DNA of 64,000 bases from Eledone cirrhosa (taxonomy: Eukaryota): the NCBI GenBank assembly GCA_964016885.1, contig OZ024741.1, positions 207,142,001 to 207,206,000 of the forward strand, given 5' to 3'. Shown here one piece after another: positions 56,510 through 64,000 of the stretch. Both the position numbers and the translations under genes were made by a program. Numbering within the stretch: the first letter of the stretch is position 1; every line of letters begins with the position of its first letter. A model generated the notes under the pieces. It did not search any database. It saw only the letters and a program-made list of their open reading frames with translations, and was not told the origin of the DNA.

Positions 56510-58247
56510 TAGAAGCAGACCGTTAGAATATACTTTATATGGAGCTCTTACACATGTTACGCCCAAGCTGGGCTCGTCGGAGGCTCAGAGGGAGGTAAAA
56601 GTTTTAATTATCGACTTTGTATGGTACGAATACAATGTTCACATCGAAATTCATATGGAGTGCTACAGAGTTAGCTGCTTAGGTTTGAGAACAAAGGGAA
56701 GTAATTCCGGTGTAAATTTTGGAGTTCTCTGCCAAAATTCAGTTCCACTGTTATAGGATATTCCTTTACTCTGCTGGGTCTATATACTATATGCTAATTT
56801 GATAATGCTTAGTCACGCCACTTTGCAGAGGCACAATTAGGGTATGAATATGAGTGTTCGGTAATATAATGGTCGGTGAGGCTTATGTACAGTCTAATTT
56901 AGTATGAGGTAATATATTCGACAAGGTTGCAAACGCCGGAAAGTGTAAAGGTGTGTCCTGCATAGTCACATGATTATATGCCCAAGGTGTTTAAAAGGTA
57001 CAATTAACGATTCTACAGAAATACTCAAGATTTATTCCGTTGGTGTGGAGGAGTATGACGAGGCAATTAGGTCCTGATGGATGCAGTGCAACACCCTTGA
57101 GAGATGACGGTTAGTGGACAGTTATCAGGGTCACAACCCTGATAACTGTCACTACGGGGCCAATGCCTAACTAGAAGTGTTATATACAAATGTACAGTTA
57201 CTAACCACAATCGCGTCAAATGCTACATAGGGGCCACTTCTGGCTCGTTCAAGACTAGATTTCGAGCACACCTTCACTCTTTTAGAAATAGGAAGCTAAG
57301 GCACTCTAATCCCTCGCCAATTACATCACCAGTTTAAAAGACACTAGCACCAGCTTCTCCACCTATTGGGAAATAGTCAACCTTGCAACACCCTACAACT
57401 TCAAGAAGGACTGCCAGCTCTGTCTCATGGAGCTTTAGTACATCGTACAAGCGCCCCCTGATCTAATCAACAGCCGAGCCGAAACCGTCATCAATTGCGG
57501 CCATAGACTACAGCAGTCGTTCTACAGATGGACCCCGGATAGCACCCAGACACCATAATACCAGGGCTTTTTACACTGCACCCTGGCTGGTCTTAAAACG
57601 GTAGACTAAAATATTAAAAACTTGTGAACAATAATATTATCCAGCCACCGTCATCTCTCAAGGGTGTTGCACTGCATCCATCAGGACCTAATTGCCTCGT
57701 CATACTCCTCCACACCAACGGAATAAATCTTGAGTATTTCTGTAGAATCGCTGATTGTACCTTTTAAACACCTTGGGCATATAATCATGTGACTATGCAG
57801 GACACACCTTTACACTTTCCGGCGTTTGCAACCTTGTCGAATATATTACCTCATACTAAATTAGACTGTACATAAGCCTCACCGACCATTATATTACCGT
57901 GCACTCATATTCATACCTTAATTGTGCCTCTGCAAAGTGGCGTGACTAAGCATTATCAAATTAGCATATAGTATATAGTCCCAGCGGAGTAAAGGAATAT
58001 CCTATAATAGTGGAACTCAATTTTAGCAGAGAACTCCAAAATTTACAGCGGAATTACTTCCCTTTGTACACAAACCTAAGCAGCTAACTCTGTAGCACTC
58101 CATATGAATTTCGATGTGAACATTGTATTCGTACCATACAGGGTCGATATTTAAAACTTTTACCTTCCTCTGAGTCTCCGACGAGCCCAGCTTGGGCGTA
58201 ACATGTGTAAGAGCTCCATATAAAGTATATTCTAACGGTCTGCTTCT
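56510..58247 (+). mobile_element. 5'-truncated Naiad-like PLE with ~600-bp inverted pseudo-LTRs
   Basis: Arms 56510-57112 and 57647-58247; core SVIYKC..YIGATSGSFKTRFRAH..CQLCLME..LINSRAE..CGHR; degenerate HHR CCGACGA-GCCCA-GCT-TGGGC-GTAA-CATGTG-TA at 58175-58213. Confidence 0.85.
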
Positions 58248-58567
58248 CTTTCTTCATTTTCTTCGATTATATATATATATATATTTGAGGACCAAATGAA
58301 TTAACTATGGAGATATAAAAGATACAGAAGCGAAAACCAACCAAACAGTGACTGTGTTCTGTTATTATTTCTGGCAATATTATTACAACAATATGACTCT
58401 CCCCAAGAATAACAATATATATATATTTATATATAAGGAAATGAGTATACATATATATATAAATATATATATATAAGGAAACGACATGTCCTACAAGATT
58501 GAATGTATAAGGAAAAGAAATCGAAAATGCAGCTGATGTCTTTTTAAGAATATCTATTTGTTTCCTC

Positions 58568-58603
58568 CTTTACCGGTTTCACAATTCATATGCTTTTCAA
58601 AAG
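58568..58603 (-). ncRNA. minimal hammerhead, U3-A8 variant (family of 19816)
   Basis: CTT-TTGAAAA-GCAT-ATGAA-TTGT-GAAA-CCGG-TA-AAG. Confidence 0.62.
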
Positions 58604-59089
58604 TAGAATTGAGATGGAGGTTTTGTGGTTTTTCTCGCATCTGGTTGGTGTTCGAAAGTTATTTCTGTTTTATGTGGAAAGAGTGGCTCGAATTGCTGGG
58701 TTTATAAATAAATAATTTGGTTGGTTGATGATTGTCACGTGAATAAGTACAATAAATTTTGCGCCAGTTCGCGTTACAAAGTTCATATTGTATTTACCTT
58801 TAACAGTGTGGCTCAAATTGTTGTTTTTTCATAAGTATAATTGGTTAGTTGATAACTGTCACGTGAATAAGTACATCCAATTTCGCGCCAGTTCGTGTTA
58901 TTTATTGGGTTATTTATTGCCATTTTTAATTTGCCTTAGAGAGTGTGTGCCAAAAAAAAAGAAGAAAAAAGAGACCAACCAGATGCGAGGAAAACCACAA
59001 ACCCTCTATTCTAATTCTACTTTTGAAACTGGTATAGGAAACAAATAATATTCTTACAAAGACTCCAGTTACATTTTCGAATTCTTATA

Positions 59090-59800
59090 TACATCCCATT
59101 TTATTACACTGTTAAGTTACCTTAAATATCTCCCATATCATATCATCTCTTCATACCACTTCTCTTACTTTTTTCATGTTGTTATTATTGTCATTACTAT
59201 TTTCCGCCTCTACCCCCTCACCACTGCACCCCCTATTATTATTGTTATTATTGTTCACTGTATCTGATGATTTGATCGGGTATCAATTGTAATTAAAATC
59301 GAGTGACGTAGCTTCTGGCGATCAGCGATTTTTAGACACATCGGACTAATGAAACACTTGTTAATACTTTGAATAAACCCTATTGTACAGCCGACTCCAC
59401 GTTATTCTTCACACTTTTACTATATATATATATATATATAAGAATTCGAAATGTATATATATATATAGTAAAAGTGTGAAGAATAACGTGGAGTCGGCTG
59501 TACAATAGGGTTTATTCAAAGTATTAACAAGTGTTTCATTAGTCCGATGTGTCTAAAAATCGCTGATCGCCAGAAGCTACGTCACTCGATTTTAATTACA
59601 ATTGATACCCGATCAAATCATCAGATACAGTGAACAATAATAATAATAATAATAGGGGGTGCAGTGGTGAGGGGGTAGAGGCGGAAAATAGTAATGACAA
59701 TAATAACAACATGGAAAAAGTAAGAGAAGTGGTATGAAGAGATGATATGATATGGGAGATATTTAAGGTAACTTAACAGTGTAATAAAATGGGATGGGAT
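59090..59800. repeat. tail-to-tail inverted repeat (~330-bp arms), each arm with an HHR (59260-59367 plus, 59521-59628 minus)
   Basis: GTAT-CTGATGA-[long helix II with AAAATCG/CGATTTT]-GAAA-CACTTG-TT-A-ATAC followed by AATAAA; decayed PLE C-terminal text at about 60250-60400 minus. Confidence 0.8.
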
Positions 59801-60749
59801 TGGATGAGCGGATAATGGCGTCATTCAAATACAGTGGGGTCAAATGAGTTAAATAGATGAAACGGCAAAATATAAAATAAAAATATAATGATAACACATG
59901 GCCAATTTAGGCTGTGGTATTTTGAAAAGTATTATCTTAATGGAGGTGAAGATTGAGGGTAATGCTGTGTGGGAGAGGGTTTGTCTATAAAGAAGCTGAG
60001 CGAGCGTTGTTTGAACTTATGTCCGATTGATCAAAGGTACATTACTTTGCTTACTATTGGTTGATGTAGGACGCTTTCGCCTGCACGTGGCTGACAGTCA
60101 ATCGTAGTAAAAAGGTGTAAAATTGATTTGTTGGCGCCAGTGTTGCAGACGTTTTAAATCTGGGGGGTTTATATAGATAATGAGAATGCCGGATGAAATC
60201 TTGTTCGTCTCGGTTTGTAGTTAGAGAATTTACTAGCGGCTTTGTGCCTACAGAAATTATCCGCACGATTTTGCTGTTAAGCAGCATTTTGTTATATTGT
60301 AAAATATGGAGTAGTTCCATATTGGGGACATCTCGTTCGTGTAGGCTTTTGCATTTGGTAATTTAGACCAGCTAATTTCATATCCTTAATTATTGTCCTT
60401 AAGCTGCTAGATTTTATTTGCTAACGGTGTTGTGTTTCGGTTTTTTATGGATTTTTTTTTTAAGTCACCAGTCATTACCTTAAACGATATCTTGTTAACT
60501 TATATAATAAAATCTAGCAGCTTAAGGACAATAATCATATATATATATATATATTAGGTATAGGATTACCCAATATGTAGTAATGGTTAATTACTACACT
60601 GGATATGGTTGACGTACGGTGAGAGGATACTCTACGAGTTATGGAAGAATTGTTGAAGAAACTTAGTTCCTGATCCTTCTGTATTCCGGAGTGTATATAA
60701 AGAATTAATAATAACAGGTAGACATCATAAAAAGGTAATTTATTCCGTG

Positions 60750-60861
60750 TGCTTACAAATGTTTCCACGGTGGTACTACAGCCTAGTTATGCTATGTGCA
60801 AATTTACAAGTATTTGCAGAACTCAAATATCCAATGCAGTGACCACTGTATCCTCAGAGCA
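60750..60861 (-). ncRNA. type I hammerhead ribozyme with extended helix II
   Basis: TGCT-CTGAGGA-TACAGTGGT..ACCACCGTG-GAAA-CATTTG-TA-AGCA; partial inverted copy at 61460-61590. Confidence 0.75.
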
Positions 60862-61588
60862 GAATGGTAAAATGTACAATGTAAATACCCTTAAGTGGGG
60901 TTGTTGGGGAAGATAGAGTAGAAAAGGAAGAGAGAAAAGTAGGAGAGAGGGAGAGAGAGAGAAAGATATGCAGGGGTTGGAGAAGTAGGAGAGAGTGGTT
61001 TGTAGATATCTTAATCAAAATGTTATGGTAGGGGTTTTATTATACTGGTTACTTTTGGAGAGATGCGTTGATAGTTAAGGTCGGAATTATTTATTGCCCC
61101 AGAGGGCAGGTTCATAGATGTGGAGAGGGAGGTAGGCCAAAGGCGAGAGAGAGAGAGTGTAATGGATGTAGAGAGAGAGGTAGAGAGGGGACAGACGAAG
61201 TTTATGTGGTGAGTGAACTTTGGGTTTGTAGTAGTAATCTGTGAATTGCACTGAGTTACCATTTATAGTGATAAGCAGTTTATTGTCTTGTAGTGTGGGG
61301 GAAGAGAAGGTGGTTAGCTAGAAAGCGATGTTATAGTTACAGGTTCGAATGTTAAGTTATTTTATAGTGAGAGAATTTAGCTTTTAGTTTGTGGTTGCAG
61401 TATAATGATCGTTCAATTCTATCGTTAAGTTGTTTGTTTTTGGATTTTAATATGTAAAAGATATTTGAGTTCTGCAAATACTTGTAAATTTGCACATAGC
61501 ATAACTAGGCTGTAGTACCACCGTGGAAACATTTGTAAGCACACGGAATAAATTACCTTTTTATGATGTCTACCTGTTATTATTCATT

Positions 61589-61633
<45 letters not shown>

Positions 61634-61699
61634 TGTTTTAACCTGTATGAAAAGTTATTTGGAAATTTATTAATACAATATATATGTGTGTGTGTTTTC

Positions 61700-63000
61700 A
61701 AAAGGCAAACAGAAATAACAAAGTAAGCAACACAGTACAATGATGAAATATATGATTTATATTATGCTTGATATAGTAGAAAAAGTTTCTTAACGTTTCG
61801 GACGCAGGTCCTTCATTAGAAAATACAACGAAAAATTAAAGAAGGAATAGAAAGATTGAGAAGACAAACAGGGCGAAAACAGAAAAGAAATGGGGGGGGG
61901 AATAACAGGTCCATTCATGTTGCTATCTCTAGGAAAAATGTTGATGCTGGCGTTTTGTGTATAAAATAATTGTTTACTTGTTTTAAAAGGTGGTGATTGG
62001 CCTTGTCTATATTAAAGGGGAAAAATAAAACGTTTCGTATATAGAGCTGTACATGTGCACATGCATATATATATGTGTGTGTGTGTTTTATACGTCCGTA
62101 CGAAGCTAAGGGTATGTGTGTTTGTATATGTAAGTATAAGAGTGTGTCTGTTTGATAGCACGAAGATGTGAGCAAATATGTATGTATATAATGATGTGCA
62201 TGTGTGTGTGAGTGTGTTTGTGTACAGAGTTGTGAAGGTAAATATAGAGGTGTGTGTTTGTGCGTTTTTTTGTTGGTCTGTATAAGCTGTAAGAGTGTGT
62301 GTTTCTGACCATGACGGAGCCATAGGAAGATAGGGGTGAATGTACGTGCGCAGATGTGACAACGGACGAGGTAAATGTGACAGTGACTAGGGGTAGAGAA
62401 GTAAGCACAAACGTATGTGCGTAATATTAAAGAAATTGTGGAGGGGAGTTGTGTCGATTGGGGAAACTGGACCCAAGGCGGAAAATCAGACTCTGATCAA
62501 GTCCTGGTGTGCATGGCTTGTGATCTGTGATGTAAAAGGAGACCAAGGACTATGAAATGTAGGAAAAATTGGCCAGGGAACGGAAATGACGAGCGACGGA
62601 GAAATCCATACCATGTCGTATGTTCCTCCAATTTTCAGCAAAGCGGTCCGCCAAACGGCGTCCTCTTTGATCGATGTATAAGGACCCACAAATGGAACAA
62701 CGGAGGGTATAGGCGACGTAGGTGGATGTGCAGGTAAATGAGTGCCGGATAGGGAATGAACTATTAGTGCCTGTGAATGTGATGAGGTTATCAATAAAGC
62801 GACAGGTGTTACAGCGGGAAAGAGAGCAGGTTGGAAAGCTGTGTGGAGTCCTAGGAGAGGAAGGGAAGGAACTACGTACAAGTATGTCGCAGACATTAAG
62901 GGCACGTTTAAAGGCAGTGATAAGTGGGTTTGGAAAAAAGCGAGAAGTGACAGGGTCTGAAGAGAGAGTGCGGAAACAAAGGAGGATATGTCACCGGAGT
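61700..63000 (-). mobile_element. Neptune-like PLE 3' fragment with a degenerate HHR at 61788-61823
   Basis: PLITAFKRALNVCDILVRS, CSLSRCNTC, FTCTSTYVAYTLRCSICGSLYIDQRGRRLADRFAE, VARHF, LIFRLG; downstream CTAATGA-A-GGAC-CTGC-GTCC-GAAA-CG-TT. Confidence 0.82.
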
Positions 63001-63019
63001 ACATATATATATATATATA

Positions 63020-64000
63020 CTAGCAGATTTACCCGGCGTTGCCCGGGGTTTGAAATTATTCTAAGAATATACAGCTAGGAAGTAAAAGAAGAAAATTATT
63101 TGTCCCCAACCTGTCAAAATAAGCAGAAGTCTTCAATACATAATTGTTTCTACTTTAGGCACAAGGCCAGCAATTACCAAGTGCATTACTGGTACTTTAT
63201 TTTATCGAACCCGTAAGGATGAAAAGCAAAGTCAACCTCGGCGGGATTTGAACTAAGATCGTAAAGGGACGTAACTATGCTGGAAAGGATGGCGTCCGAC
63301 CCTCTACCGATACTGCCAATCCACCAATGCAAACGAATATTTAGTGCAATCTTTGTACACATAAAACTATGCTGATAATGAAGGAAAACACTGAACAGGA
63401 TGTAGTTATACAAATGATTAAAGACAATACACGTTGAAAATCTGTAAAAAAAAACAGGCAGTTTTGCTAAAGTACAAAAAGTTGTAATGAAAGCAGAGTT
63501 GTATACAAAAAAAAAAAAAACAATGAGAGTAGAATAAGAGAAAATATATTCTTTGAGAGCATCCTTTGCTGTGTATGGTTAAATGTTGAACTTATAATCC
63601 AAAATATCCTGCATAATATATTCATTGGTATGTTTTGTAATGAGTAAGGTGAAGTCAAGGCAGAGCTGTAATAAGTGTTTTTGTTAACACTAAAGCACTT
63701 CAGGATAGATGATATTCTTTGTTTTTCTTTTCGGAACAATCGCAAAGAGATTATCTCAACTGCCAACTCGTGAGCAGGCAACGTAGAATTGTCCGTGCGA
63801 AAAGCAATATTCGTCCAAGTGAATTCCAGCGACGGACAGAGTTTGACCTTGCGACTTGTTTAGGACATCGCAAAGGCAACACGAAGGGGAAATTGGATTC
63901 GGTGAAAGGAGAAGGGAGTATCCACGCCTGATGTAGTCAGGCTAATTTTTGTTATTATCACATCCTCGCCTTTTCCACATCCGGATAGAATGGTAGCGTT
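63020..64000 (-). mobile_element. second Helitron, 3' end (helicase C-terminus and terminus); continues beyond the window
   Basis: Minus strand: PLRVAFAMS/NKSQGQTL..FSHGQFYVACSRVG..TKNIIYPEVL stop (63690); terminal hairpin CCCGGGCAACGCCGGG then CTAG followed by T. Confidence 0.9.
63141..63325 (-). mobile_element. SINE family B inserted in the Helitron 3' UTR
   Basis: Full-length reverse-complement match to 10999-11188. Confidence 0.88.

Overview
AT-rich eukaryotic repeat desert with no recognisable host gene. The SINE families resemble those I recall from octopods, so a coleoid cephalopod is an inference only. The window is a mosaic of (TA)n/(CA)n/(GA)n microsatellites and elements inserted among them. 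These comprise one decayed full-length Tx1/L1-clade LINE with a 24-bp TSD, two Helitrons, about ten Penelope-like element (PLE) remnants of Naiad-, Penelope/Poseidon- and Neptune-like type, RTE and R4/Dong fragments, two tRNA-SINE families, and hAT and Tc1/mariner-type MITEs. The main discovery is a hammerhead-ribozyme (HHR) system: I read about 30 type I HHR motifs from about 18 sequence contexts. They include two homologous but diverged non-coding tandem-repeat families (about 444 and 468 bp) with one HHR per unit, rod-like covarying structure and a conserved ATGCAAAT octamer, i.e. candidate retrozymes. Several HHRs carry the U3-A8 core variant. A second window-wide signal is pervasive fold-back inversion with duplication at element and (TA)n junctions. 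All structures were read by eye, element ends are approximate, and ribozyme activity is untested.
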